This document shows, piece by piece, positions 26,863 to 36,583 of a stretch of 64,000 nt of DNA. The DNA comes from Planctomycetota bacterium (lineage in GTDB: Bacteria; Planctomycetota; SZUA-567; H5-PLA8). The stretch is taken from contig JBBRPR010000037.1 in NCBI GenBank assembly GCA_038227875.1, positions 1 through 64,000 of the forward strand, written 5' to 3'. The notes beneath the pieces were generated by a model. The model had not been told where the DNA came from and searched no databases. It saw only the letters and a program-made list of their open reading frames with translations. A program made the translations under genes and the position numbers. Position 1 is the stretch's first letter. Every line of letters starts with the position of its first letter.

Positions 26863-29643
26863 TTACGAGTGCGCGGCGACGGCGGCCCAGCGCTGCAGCG
26901 CTTCTTGCAGGGCCGCCCTCGAGATGGGCTTGGTGAGGTAATCGTTCATGCCGGCGGCCAGACAGGCTTCGCTGTCGCCCTTCATCGCGTTGGCCGTGAG
27001 CGCAATGATGGGCACGGCCGATAAAGGAGACGACATTTCCCGGATCAACCGAGTGGCCTCGTAACCGTCCATTTCGGGCATCTGACAGTCCATGAGGATC
27101 AGGTCATGGCCCCCAGCTTGCGCCTGAGCCACGGCCTCCTGACCGTTGCGTGCCACCACCACGCGACAACCCATTCGTTCCAGCATCACTTGAGCCAGCA
27201 TTGCATTGATGGGGTTGTCTTCAGCCAGCAGTACATTGCATGGCGACTTACCCGACGGGCTGTTGGGGAACGGAGCACTCGCGCTGCCGGTCTCGGCGAC
27301 GGGCGTGCGCTCCGTCTGCGGCCGAGACAGCGCCCGCGGCAAGGTGAACCAGAAGATCGAACCCTTGCCGGGTTTGCTTTGCAAGCCGATCTGTCCGCCC
27401 ATCATTTCGACCAGGCGTTTGCAGATCGCCAGGCCCAGCCCCGTCCCGCCAACGGAGCGCGTGGAGGAGGAATCGCCCTGCGTAAAGTGCTGGAACAGCC
27501 GGGACTGAACGTCGGGTGTGATCCCCACTCCGGTATCGCAAATGCTGACTTTCAGGTGGGGTGAGTCGGCGATGTCTTCGAGTTTGACGAGCACCTGTCC
27601 CGCGGCCGTGAACTTCACCGCGTTTCCGACCAGATTGTACAGGACCTGGCGCAGACGGGTGGGATCGGCCAGCACCACGAGGTTGGCATCCGCTTCGGCA
27701 TCGAATTCCAACCGCAACTTTTTCAGCTCAGCCTGTGCGCGCAGGGACGCGAGGATTTCCACGGTGGCCTTACGCAGGGATATCGGAGCCGGAGAGAGCG
27801 TCATCTTTCCGGCTTCGATCTTGGAGAAGTCGAGGACGTCGTTGATCAGGGAGAGCAAAATGTCGCCGGAGATCTTGATGTTTCGCACGAATTCCAACTG
27901 CTCGCGATTCAGCGGGGATTCCAGGAGCAGATCGCAGTAGCCCAACACGCCGTTCATCGGCGTACGGATCTCGTGACTCATGGTCGCCAGGAAAGCGCCC
28001 TTGGCGCGGCTGGCGGCTTCGGCCTGGTCGCGGGCATGGCGCAAGGCTTCTTCGATGACGCGTCGTTCCTGAATTTCAGACTGGAGGGACTGCGTCCGCT
28101 CCGCGACGACTTGTTCGATGCGCGCAGTCCGGCCAGTCAGAATCAAAAGGAAGACCTCCAGCAGTGCGACCAGCGACAGACCGCCACTCAGCACCGCCCA
28201 GGAGTAATCGGTAACGTGCGCGCGCATGTATTGCGCGGTCGGACGAATCTCGACCCGCCAGCGGTGATCGGCCAAATCCAGGTGTTCAGAATAGCAGATG
28301 GACGAGTGAGCCGGCGCTGTGGTGCTGGCGTAGAGTGCCTGGGGTTCGCCGGACTGGGAAACATCGTGTACGGCCACGGCGAATTCGCCAGCCTTGTCGG
28401 CCAACGTACGTTCCACCAATGGAGGCACGCGGAAGGCGAGGGTCGTAAAGCCGATCAAGTCCTTCTCCGACGAACCGGCGCGGAAGATGGGCAGCGCCAG
28501 GATCTCCGACCAGATTGTCTCGTCGTCTTGAGCCAAATGGATGCGGGAGGAGATGGCCAGGTTGTGGGTTTGCCATGCGGCACGAAGCGCTTCTGAACGC
28601 CGTGGTTCGGAGCGCTGATTGAAGCCGATCGCCTTGAGATTGGCCTGGGATGGCGAAAGGTATGTGATCGGCCAGTACTCATTACTGGGCGTTGCGCGCT
28701 GGCGGCCAGCCGGGCCGTACTCCCAGATTTCCCCATGCTGCGCTTCGAAGGCGCTGCGTCCTTCGTCGGGGAGGCGCTGAATCAGCCCAATGGTGCTGCC
28801 CGTGGGATAGCGAGCCTGGAACGGCTGGGTGAAGGCTTCAAACTGCTCGGCCGATAGAAAGGGATTGATCGTCATGAATTCACGGGCAGCACGCAGGGTT
28901 TCGATCGTGATTTGAACGTCGTTCTTCATGCCCTGGAACGATTGCGCGGCGCGTTCACGGAATTCGCTGAGCCGGCGCCGGTCTTCCTGAGCCCGTGCCT
29001 GGAGGAAAAACAGGACGACCACAGTGAAGGCCAGCGACATTGGCGCAGCAACAGTCCAGCGGCGGCTCGACCAGAGCAAACGCGGCTGGCCAAAGTACAC
29101 CAGGAGGACAGGGGTCAGCGTCAGCACGCCGATCGTGTCGCCGACCCACCACGTCCACCAGGTCTCCAAGACCTTTTCGGCCGGCAGCAGTCCGTAGAGG
29201 GAGAGCATGAAGATGCCGTTGCTGGCGGAGATCAAGCATGCGCCGACACCGCCCAGCAACGTAAACCAGAACACGCTGCGCTCGGTATCGAGAGCCAGGT
29301 CTCCAACGCAGCGCTGCATGCCAAACCGGCCGGCCGCGGCGCTCAGAGCCGCGCCCACGCCAATGCCGGCGGCAAGAGCCAGCGTCGAGCCGTCGCAAGG
29401 CGCGCCGCGTTCCACCGATACCCAGAAGTTGAGTACCGTGGAGCCCAGCCATACGGCCAGTGACATGCGGTATCCCAGCAGCAGAACCGCAGCCAACGCC
29501 AGTCCAGATGGCAACCACACCGCGGTTGCATATCCCGGCGGAATAGCCAGCAACAACCCTGTCTTCCCGGTCACCAGGTACAGCGCAGCTACCGCAATGA
29601 ACTGGATAGCGCTACGCAGGTACGAGTTTGATGACGTTTGCAT
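26863..29643 (-). CDS. hybrid histidine kinase MASE1-CHASE-HisKA-HATPase-REC
   Basis: AVWLPSG/WWVGD (MASE1); FLATMSHEIRTPMNG; NLVGNAVKFT; GGTGLGL; ILMDCQMPEMDG. Confidence 0.93.
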   Translation of the reverse strand: MQTSSNSYLRSAIQFIAVAALYLVTGKTGLLLAIPPGYATAVWLPSGLALAAVLLLGYRMSLAVWLGSTVLNFWVSVERGAPCDGSTLALAAGIGVGAALSAAAGRFGMQRCVGDLALDTERSVFWFTLLGGVGACLISASNGIFMLSLYGLLPAEKVLETWWTWWVGDTIGVLTLTPVLLVYFGQPRLLWSSRRWTVAAPMSLAFTVVVLFFLQARAQEDRRRLSEFRERAAQSFQGMKNDVQITIETLRAAREFMTINPFLSAEQFEAFTQPFQARYPTGSTIGLIQRLPDEGRSAFEAQHGEIWEYGPAGRQRATPSNEYWPITYLSPSQANLKAIGFNQRSEPRRSEALRAAWQTHNLAISSRIHLAQDDETIWSEILALPIFRAGSSEKDLIGFTTLAFRVPPLVERTLADKAGEFAVAVHDVSQSGEPQALYASTTAPAHSSICYSEHLDLADHRWRVEIRPTAQYMRAHVTDYSWAVLSGGLSLVALLEVFLLILTGRTARIEQVVAERTQSLQSEIQERRVIEEALRHARDQAEAASRAKGAFLATMSHEIRTPMNGVLGYCDLLLESPLNREQLEFVRNIKISGDILLSLINDVLDFSKIEAGKMTLSPAPISLRKATVEILASLRAQAELKKLRLEFDAEADANLVVLADPTRLRQVLYNLVGNAVKFTAAGQVLVKLEDIADSPHLKVSICDTGVGITPDVQSRLFQHFTQGDSSSTRSVGGTGLGLAICKRLVEMMGGQIGLQSKPGKGSIFWFTLPRALSRPQTERTPVAETGSASAPFPNSPSGKSPCNVLLAEDNPINAMLAQVMLERMGCRVVVARNGQEAVAQAQAGGHDLILMDCQMPEMDGYEATRLIREMSSPLSAVPIIALTANAMKGDSEACLAAGMNDYLTKPISRAALQEALQRWAAVAAHS

Positions 29644-29801
29644 TGGCGGCTGGCACTCAGACGTAATCTTCGGGTCTACACACTCAGACCCGTCACTCTT
29701 ACGAAATCTGATCGGCCGCAAAGTGTGGTGCAATAGGTGACAACAGAAGAAAATATCGCGCCTGTGCAGGCGAAGGATTCAGAATGCCAATCACTGGAAT
29801 G

Positions 29802-29829
29802 CAAAACGGCGCCTTGCGGCGCCGTTTTG
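29802..29829 (-). terminator. terminator after pilC
   Basis: CAAAACGGCGCC-TTGC-GGCGCCGTTTTG. Confidence 0.75.
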
Positions 29830-29855
29830 GGTCTTCGAATCGTGCTCGCGTTGGC

Positions 29856-31109
29856 TTACTTGCCGATGCGTTCCATGATCGCGATCAACGGAAGGAACAG
29901 GCTGATGACGATGAATCCGACCGTAATACCCATGCCGATGATCAGGATCGGTTCCAACAAGCTCATCAACGCGCCGACCAGCGTGTCGACTTCACCTTCG
30001 TACGTGTCGGCGACCTTGATCAACATCTTGTCCAGTTCGCCGGTTTCTTCACCGACCTGGATCATGTTCACGACCAGGTCGTCGAAGCAGCCGGAATGGC
30101 GCAGCGGTTCGGCGATCGTGTCACCTTCTTTGATCGAGGCATGGACCATTTCGACGGCGTTGGCAACAACCTGATTACCCGTCGCGTTCTTGATGATCGC
30201 CAGCGCGTCGAGGATGGGCACACCGGACTGGACCAGCGTTCCCAGCGTGCGGCAGAAGCGGCTGATGGCGGTCTTGGAATTGATGATGCCGAAGACCGGC
30301 AGCTTGAGCTTGAAGCGGTCGACGAACAAACGGCCGCCGCTGGTGCGGACGATTAGGCGGAAGCCGACGTAGATCAACACCGGCAGGAAGACCAGCACGA
30401 ACCACCAGTCGACCATCGCGTGCGCGACGTTCAAGAGGATCGTGGTCATCATCGGCAACTGACCGAGGTCCATTTCCTTAAACATCTGTTCAAACTTAGG
30501 GATGATGAAGATCATGATGAACGTCAGGATCAACGCGGCGATCGTGATCACGGCCGCCGGGTACACCAGCGCGCCGATGATCTTCTGCTGCAGGCGCTGC
30601 GCCTTTTCGCGGTAGTCGGCCAGACGCGCGAGAATATCGTCGAGCACACCGCCCGCTTCGCCGGCGCGGACCATGTTGACGTAGAGCTTGTCGAAGACCG
30701 TCGGATGCTTCGAAAGCGCTTCCGAAAGCGACGAGCCGCCTTCGACGTCTTCCTTCACGTCACTGACGGTGTCTTTCAAAATGCCGGGACGAATCTGGGC
30801 CTGGAGAATGTCGAGGCTGCGGACGATCGGTAGACCGGCGTCCATCAGCGTGGCGAACTGGCGCGTGAACGCGGTCAGCTGTTTCTGGTTGACGCGGAAG
30901 CTCAGCGAAAACCCGCCGCGCTTGCGCTTCACGGACTGCGGGCCCTGGTTGGCCGGAGCCGCGGACTTGCCGCCCTTCGGAATCACCTTTGAAGGGAAGA
31001 AGTTCAGCGCTTTGATTTTGTCGATGGCATCCTGCTCAGAGCTGGCGTCGATCTCCGCCTTGACTTCCTTGCCCTGGCCATCCATCGCTTCGTACACAAA
31101 AGTCGGCAT
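29856..31109 (-). CDS. pilC: type IV pilus assembly platform protein PilC/GspF, full length
   Basis: MPTFVYEAMD N-terminus and both T2SSF repeats. Confidence 0.95.
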   Translation of the reverse strand: MPTFVYEAMDGQGKEVKAEIDASSEQDAIDKIKALNFFPSKVIPKGGKSAAPANQGPQSVKRKRGGFSLSFRVNQKQLTAFTRQFATLMDAGLPIVRSLDILQAQIRPGILKDTVSDVKEDVEGGSSLSEALSKHPTVFDKLYVNMVRAGEAGGVLDDILARLADYREKAQRLQQKIIGALVYPAAVITIAALILTFIMIFIIPKFEQMFKEMDLGQLPMMTTILLNVAHAMVDWWFVLVFLPVLIYVGFRLIVRTSGGRLFVDRFKLKLPVFGIINSKTAISRFCRTLGTLVQSGVPILDALAIIKNATGNQVVANAVEMVHASIKEGDTIAEPLRHSGCFDDLVVNMIQVGEETGELDKMLIKVADTYEGEVDTLVGALMSLLEPILIIGMGITVGFIVISLFLPLIAIMERIGK

Positions 31110-31348
31110 TGTTCCTCTCCGGCGGGGTTTCGTTGCTGGCTCGTGTAAGGTAGCTCACGGGGCCGACGTTAGGACAAAGTATCGCTGTTTTTCACAATGC
31201 GTCAATACCTACTTAACAGAGTCATTGCTCAAGGGTCATTAGGGAACGGTTATTTTTCACTTTCGCACGCTGCCAGCGGGTGCACATGTGCCAAAACTGC
31301 CGATCCGTTCGGCACAAATCGCAGTCTTCGAGATACACAATGACTTTG

Positions 31349-32350
31349 TCAGGCCGTTCCAGCGGCGACAAGCTTCTCGATGGCCGCTTCGTGGTACTGG
31401 CCGATGGCGCGAAGTTTCTTGTAGCGCAAGTCCAGCAGCTTGGGGATCGGGATGCGTTTGAGCGCCGCCAGTTCCGCCAGGATGCAATCTTTGAGCAGCT
31501 GCGTCGCGCCGGCTTTGTTACGGTGCGCTCCACCCAGCGGCTCCGGCACGATGCTGTCGACGACACCCAGGCGCTTGAGTTCCGGCGCGGTGATCTTCAA
31601 GGCTTCGGCCGCGTCGGCTTTGCGGTCGGGATCTTTCCAGAGAATCGAGGCGCAGCCTTCCGGACTGATGACACTGAAGTATGCGTATTCCTGGATCAGG
31701 AACTTGTCGCCCACGCCGATGCCCAGCGCGCCGCCCGATCCGCCTTCGCCGATGACGATGCAGACGATGGGTACCTTGATTCCCGACATTTCGAACAGGT
31801 TGCGCGCGATGGCTTCCGACTGGCCGCGCTCTTCGGCCTGAATGTCTGGCGCCGCGCCCTTGGTATCGATCAGACAGACGATGGGAATCTGGAGCTTCTC
31901 GGCCAGGCGCATCTTCAGCAGCGCCTTGCGGTAGCCTTCCGGCTGAGGGGAACCAAAGTTGCAGATGGAGCGCTCGTTGACGTCGCGGCCCTTGTGCTGG
32001 CCGATGAGCATCATGCGCACGCCATCGATCTGCGCCAGACCCGTGAGCACCGCGCGGTCGTCGGCAAAGTGGCGGTCGCCATGAAGCTCGATGAATTCCG
32101 AGCACATCGATTCAATATAATCACAGGTCTGCGGGCGATGCGGATGCCGGGCGACCTGGATGCGATCCCACGCCGTCAGCTTGGAATACGCTTCCTTCAC
32201 GACCCGATTCCGTTCGCTGTGCTGCTTGGCGATGTCGGCGCTCAGGTCCATGTTGTTCTGCTTGCTCAAGTCTTCCAGCTTGGCGATGCGATCGTCAATT
32301 GCCTTGAGCGGCTGCTCGAAGGGCAGGTAGTTGTGGTTGCGCGTAGCCAT
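31349..32350 (-). CDS. accA: acetyl-CoA carboxylase carboxyltransferase alpha subunit
   Basis: ARHPHRP, ELHGDRHFADD, PEGYRKA, GEGGSGGALG, SVISPEGCASILW. Confidence 0.97.
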   Translation of the reverse strand: MATRNHNYLPFEQPLKAIDDRIAKLEDLSKQNNMDLSADIAKQHSERNRVVKEAYSKLTAWDRIQVARHPHRPQTCDYIESMCSEFIELHGDRHFADDRAVLTGLAQIDGVRMMLIGQHKGRDVNERSICNFGSPQPEGYRKALLKMRLAEKLQIPIVCLIDTKGAAPDIQAEERGQSEAIARNLFEMSGIKVPIVCIVIGEGGSGGALGIGVGDKFLIQEYAYFSVISPEGCASILWKDPDRKADAAEALKITAPELKRLGVVDSIVPEPLGGAHRNKAGATQLLKDCILAELAALKRIPIPKLLDLRYKKLRAIGQYHEAAIEKLVAAGTA

Positions 32351-32392
32351 GGCGGAATCATCCTCCCCTCAATAGGAAAATCAAGTCCGTCT

Positions 32393-32514
32393 GAACGGAG
32401 TCATTGGTCATTGGGCATTGGTCATTTTTCATTTGTCATTTACGGAGCGGAAGTCAGTCCGTGAAACACGGAATCACGCTCCTCGTAAATGAAAAATGAC
32501 CGATGACTCTGTTC
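32393..32514. repeat. inverted pair of (GTCATTG)n heptamer arrays
   Basis: The left arm has more units than the right; the unique flanks also pair. Confidence 0.85.
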
Positions 32515-33544
32515 ACGTCGTCGTCTTTGCTTTGCGCTTCCGAGGCGCGGCCTTCTTCTTCGCTGGTGCTGCAGCGGGGGCGGCGGCGGGAAGTTCTTCG
32601 ACGACGGGCGCGGGCTTTGACGCAAGGCCGTAGAGGTCTTCTCGGCGCTCCGCGATAAAGGGGCTGGTGAGGCGCTGGACGCGGATGTCGTCGATGCGGA
32701 AGGACGCGTGGAGGAGTTCGTCCTGTTGAAAATGGGCGATGGGGATGATCGCTTGCGGCGGGGCGCCGGCGAGGGTTTCCAGATCGCGCTGTACGTTCTG
32801 TGAGGGCTCGGCCAGCGGTCGGCCGTCGGCGTCGAGGATCACGCTGCCGCCGCGGCAGCGGGCGAGGAACGAGCCGTCCTTGTCCTGGACCAGCGCCATC
32901 GCCAGCGCGCTGAATTCCGGGACGCCCGGGTAGACCTTGCGGAAGCCGATGCGGTTGGCGACCAGCAGCGGCACGCGGTTGCGCAGCGCCATGGCGCTCA
33001 GGAAATTCACATCGGGATTGATCTGGTTGAGCGCCACGACGATCAGGTCCGCACCGCGCAGCGCCAGCGTGCGGAACGCTTCGGGAAATTCCGCATCGAA
33101 GCCCAGCAACACGCCGACGCGCGCGTCGCCGAGGTCGATGATCGACAGTTCCGAACCCGGCGCGAGCACTTCGGCATCGCGGTAGGAATCATGTCCGTGC
33201 GCGTCGCGAAAAAGATGCGTCTTGCGCGCGACGCCCTTCACGCCGTCCTTGGTGATGAAGGCACACGCGCTGTAGACCTTGCCGTCAGCGGCTTTCTCCA
33301 GCAGCGGCAGCGCGACTGTGGCGTTGCCCGCCGCGCGCTGGACCAACTCCGTTGACGGACCGGGAATCGCTTCCGCAAACTGGCCGGCATCGCGGTAGAG
33401 GTCGCTGACGCACGCTTCCGGCAGCACGATCAACTTCGACCCGCGCGCGACGGCTCCGGCAATCAGCAGCAGAATGTTGTGGCGGTTGGATTCGACGTCG
33501 CCGCTATCGACGTGGGTTTGAATGACGGTGACAGGATAAGCCAT
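32513..33544 (-). CDS. carbon-nitrogen hydrolase (nitrilase) fold protein; catalytic Cys replaced by Gly
   Basis: LIVLPE, RKTHL, GVLLGFDAEFPE, ANRIG, GGSVILDADG. Confidence 0.88.
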   Translation of the reverse strand: MAYPVTVIQTHVDSGDVESNRHNILLLIAGAVARGSKLIVLPEACVSDLYRDAGQFAEAIPGPSTELVQRAAGNATVALPLLEKAADGKVYSACAFITKDGVKGVARKTHLFRDAHGHDSYRDAEVLAPGSELSIIDLGDARVGVLLGFDAEFPEAFRTLALRGADLIVVALNQINPDVNFLSAMALRNRVPLLVANRIGFRKVYPGVPEFSALAMALVQDKDGSFLARCRGGSVILDADGRPLAEPSQNVQRDLETLAGAPPQAIIPIAHFQQDELLHASFRIDDIRVQRLTSPFIAERREDLYGLASKPAPVVEELPAAAPAAAPAKKKAAPRKRKAKTTT

Positions 33545-33590
33545 GGGGGGACATTAGATGCAGCGGGGGAAATGGCGCAAGGTTTTTTTG

Positions 33591-33670
33591 AGAAGACGGG
33601 AATCGGGATTCGGGATTCAGGATTCGCCGCTGTCCCCGATTCCCGAATCCCGATTCCCGAATCCCGTTCT
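33591..33670. repeat. inverted pair of (GGGATTC)n heptamer arrays
   Basis: CGGGAATCGGGATTCGGGATTCAGGATTCG ... CGATTCCCGAATCCCGATTCCCGAATCCCG. Confidence 0.9.
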
Positions 33671-35718
33671 TAGTGCTTATCCGGCTGCAGCTGCATATAC
33701 CGGTAGTACACCTCCAGGCACAGCGCGCCGATGGCCGTTGAGCCGACGCGGCCCCAGCATTCGGAGTAGGTGCCCATCGGGTCCCAGCTGCCGTCTTCGT
33801 CGCCGCCTTTGCGCTGGTTGGGGACCAGCGCGGCTTTCAGGCCTTCGTTCCACTGCTTCCAGATATCCCCGCCCTGTTGGAAGACACAGAGCGTGCCGTA
33901 GTACCAGTAGTACATGTCCAAGGTGTTCTTGTGCTGCTTGTCGCCGTCGTCCTGCCACTTCGGCACGCCGCCGTCTTTGATGAACAGCTCGACGCTGGAC
34001 TGCAGATCTTCCTTCTTCCAACCCATGAACTGGCGGCAGAGATTCCCGATGGCGCAGCGGCGGTGATTGGTGCCGGCGCCCTTCTGGTATTCAAAACGCG
34101 ACGCCGGACCGTAGCCGGAATCGGGCGCGGCGTTCTTCTGTTCCATCTGGTCGATGAACTTGATCGCGCCTTCGAAAGCGCTGGCGGGAACGTGGATGCC
34201 GGCGACCTTCGCGGACTTCAGCGCCATCACGAACCAACCGGTGACGGAAATATCGGCGGCCATCTTCGGCTGGTAACGCCACGCGCCGGTTTCCGATCCC
34301 GCGCCTTCGGCGTGGGATTCGACGCAGTAGGTCACGGCCCGCGTCGCGGCGGCGCGGGTTTCTGGAATGTTGCCCATGCCCGCGGCTTCGGAGAGTGCCA
34401 TCGTGGCCATCGCGCAGCTGTAGCCCAGGCCCAATTCGGAGCTGTCGGTGCGGTCGAAGACGCAGCCCTTGGCGTCCTGCATGCTCTTGAGCCACGCCAC
34501 GGCGCGCTTGACGTTGTCTTTGTACTGGCCGACTTTTTCCGTGTGGCCCGCGCCGAGAAACGCCAGCAGGGAGAGCGCAGTCACGGCGGTATCGCATTTC
34601 ACTTCGCGCCAGTACGTGGCCTTGCCGCCGTCGTACTTGCGGGAATCCCAGTGGCCGTCGGCTTCCTGATGATACGCCAGCCACTGCAGAGCCTTGTCGA
34701 CGGCGTTCTCGGTCATCTTCGAACCGCCGTGCCGCTTGACCATCAAGCGGCGTCCGCCGCCGTTGCGCTGGCCGAAGCTGCCGCGGCCGGCGCCCGTGCC
34801 GACGCCGACGCCGGTGCCGTCTCCCCCGCCCCAGCCGCCGCCGGTGCCTTTGCTGGCGACACCGCCGACGCCGATCAGGTCTTCCATCCCCATGCCGCCC
34901 ATGCCGCCACCGCCTTCGGGTTCATCGTTGCCTTCCACCGAGTGGAACATCCTGGCGTCGGGATTGCCAAAGGCGCTCTGGGTGTCCGGTCGGTCCGGGT
35001 TGATGGTTTCGAAGTGGTCGCCGAGTTCCGCCTTGGCCAGCAGGTCCGGCGGGACGACGATATCGGATGCTTCCTTAGATGTAGGATCGGTGGCGGGAGT
35101 GTCGTGCTTGGACTGCAGCGCCTCGAGCGCCGATTCGGGCTTTTCCTTCTGCTGTTCCTGTTCGACCTGCGGACGCGCGGCCAGTTCGGTCATCATGATC
35201 ACGGCATCGTCGTTCTTGGGAAGATCGATCGACATCGTCACCAGTCCGGCCAGTACAATGATGAGAATATGGAGCGCGCAGGAGACGGCCCACCACGGCG
35301 CGGCGCCCAGCTTGGCGAACAGGCCGCCGCTGGCGCCGACTTCGACGGGTTCTTCCTGGCCGGTTTCGGCGGCGAGTTCCGCGGCCAGCGCGTCGGGATC
35401 GGTTTCGTGCTCGATGGCTTTCATGCGCCGCGAATCCTGGCTGGTCACGGCCCGCGGACGATCGGGAGTCTGTCGCATTTCGGTTAACCTCTTGTTCGCG
35501 TTCAGATCAAATCCGTCGGAGATCCGCCGCTGACCCAATGTGTTTCCCAGCAGCGCCAGCACCTGGCGACGCCGCTCAAATTCTTCCAGGCAACCGGCGC
35601 AGACGGCAATGTGCGAATCCAGCGACGCGGACAGGTCCGGCGAAGCCTCGCCGTCCAGGACCGAGCGGATGGAAGCAATCGCCTCTTCGCAGTTGATGAA
35701 TGTTGTCGAATCGCTCAT
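33670..35718 (-). CDS. zf-HC2 anti-sigma domain + TM + prenyltransferase/squalene-oxidase repeat barrel
   Basis: LDGE...HIAVCAGC; TM WAVSCALHILII; QEADGHW, TALSLLAFLGAG, YYWYYGT, DGSWDP. Confidence 0.85.
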   Translation of the reverse strand: MSDSTTFINCEEAIASIRSVLDGEASPDLSASLDSHIAVCAGCLEEFERRRQVLALLGNTLGQRRISDGFDLNANKRLTEMRQTPDRPRAVTSQDSRRMKAIEHETDPDALAAELAAETGQEEPVEVGASGGLFAKLGAAPWWAVSCALHILIIVLAGLVTMSIDLPKNDDAVIMMTELAARPQVEQEQQKEKPESALEALQSKHDTPATDPTSKEASDIVVPPDLLAKAELGDHFETINPDRPDTQSAFGNPDARMFHSVEGNDEPEGGGGMGGMGMEDLIGVGGVASKGTGGGWGGGDGTGVGVGTGAGRGSFGQRNGGGRRLMVKRHGGSKMTENAVDKALQWLAYHQEADGHWDSRKYDGGKATYWREVKCDTAVTALSLLAFLGAGHTEKVGQYKDNVKRAVAWLKSMQDAKGCVFDRTDSSELGLGYSCAMATMALSEAAGMGNIPETRAAATRAVTYCVESHAEGAGSETGAWRYQPKMAADISVTGWFVMALKSAKVAGIHVPASAFEGAIKFIDQMEQKNAAPDSGYGPASRFEYQKGAGTNHRRCAIGNLCRQFMGWKKEDLQSSVELFIKDGGVPKWQDDGDKQHKNTLDMYYWYYGTLCVFQQGGDIWKQWNEGLKAALVPNQRKGGDEDGSWDPMGTYSECWGRVGSTAIGALCLEVYYRYMQLQPDKH

Positions 35719-35745
35719 GACCTGTGTGTTCCTGAATTCATCCGC

Positions 35746-36324
35746 TCAACTTTTCAGCAGCGAGGCCAATTTCTGTGCGAGCATTCCGTCGGCGCGCGTC
35801 AGTCGGCTGCGCACAGTTCCGGACGGGATGCCGAGCTTCGCGGCGATCTGGTCGGTCGACATTTTTTCCCAGTACCGCAGGATCACGACGTCGCGGTACG
35901 GTTCGGGCAAGGCATCGACGGCGCGCAGCACGGCCGCGTCATCGGGGCCGGGAATGCTGGGCGCGTGCGGAGCCCGGCGGTCTTCGGGCGCTTCGATCGC
36001 CTGCAATTTTTCCGTCGAGAGACGTTCCTCTTTCGCGCGACGGCTGCCGCGGCGCCAGGCCAGCGCGGTGCAGCGGTTGATTTCGCGCAGCCACACTCCG
36101 AGTTTTGCCGTGTCGCGAAGCCGGCCGATGTCGAGGAACGCCTTGCAGAGCGTTTCCTGCGCGATGTCTTCGGCGTCCTGCTGTTTATCGACGATGGTCA
36201 GAGCCTGGTGGACGAGGCCGGCGCGGAAGCGTTCGAGCAGAATCCAGAAATGGTCGACCGCCGCGGCGTCGGGATTCGCGCGGAGACCTTCCAGAGCTTC
36301 AATCGCCATGTCCGTCGTGTGCAT
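35746..36324 (-). CDS. ECF RNA polymerase sigma factor
   Basis: DAEDIAQET, WLREI, LPEPYRDVVILRY, GTVRSRLTRA. Confidence 0.93.
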   Translation of the reverse strand: MHTTDMAIEALEGLRANPDAAAVDHFWILLERFRAGLVHQALTIVDKQQDAEDIAQETLCKAFLDIGRLRDTAKLGVWLREINRCTALAWRRGSRRAKEERLSTEKLQAIEAPEDRRAPHAPSIPGPDDAAVLRAVDALPEPYRDVVILRYWEKMSTDQIAAKLGIPSGTVRSRLTRADGMLAQKLASLLKS

Positions 36325-36410
36325 TAAAACTCCCGAAAACACCACGCTCCATAAGTAAGGCTGCTTGCCGCGTCCGTTTCGCTCCCGAAAAATTGAAAAT
36401 AGTTTTGGGA

Positions 36411-36465
36411 GTACTCTGTGGCCAGCTGGCCACAGGGTACCTTAGGAGCAATTGCTCCTAAGGTA
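36411..36465. repeat. two abutting loop-less palindromes
   Basis: CTGTGGCCAGCTGGCCACAG (36416-36435) and TACCTTAGGAGCAATTGCTCCTAAGGTA (36438-36465), both perfect. Confidence 0.9.
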
Positions 36466-36537
36466 GCATACCCCGTAGCGCGAGGAGAAGGGCTTGAGAC
36501 GCGGATTGTCGCACTAAAGAGGGAGCGAAAGAGAAGT

Positions 36538-36573
36538 TTGCATCGTGCAACGAGCAACTCTTGCATAGTGCAC
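36538..36573. promoter_or_regulatory. tandem TTGCA-N3-TGCA(A/C) operator-like boxes
   Basis: TTGCATCGTGCAA and TTGCATAGTGCAC, starts 23 bp apart. Confidence 0.55.
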
Positions 36574-36583
36574 GAACTACACA

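Noticed and set aside
31221..31245. Degenerate GTCATT heptamer array
   Set aside because: Only two matching units, too weak to call
33591..33670. Short repeats as a CRISPR array
   Set aside because: Units are contiguous 7-mers without unique spacers, and no cas genes are in the window
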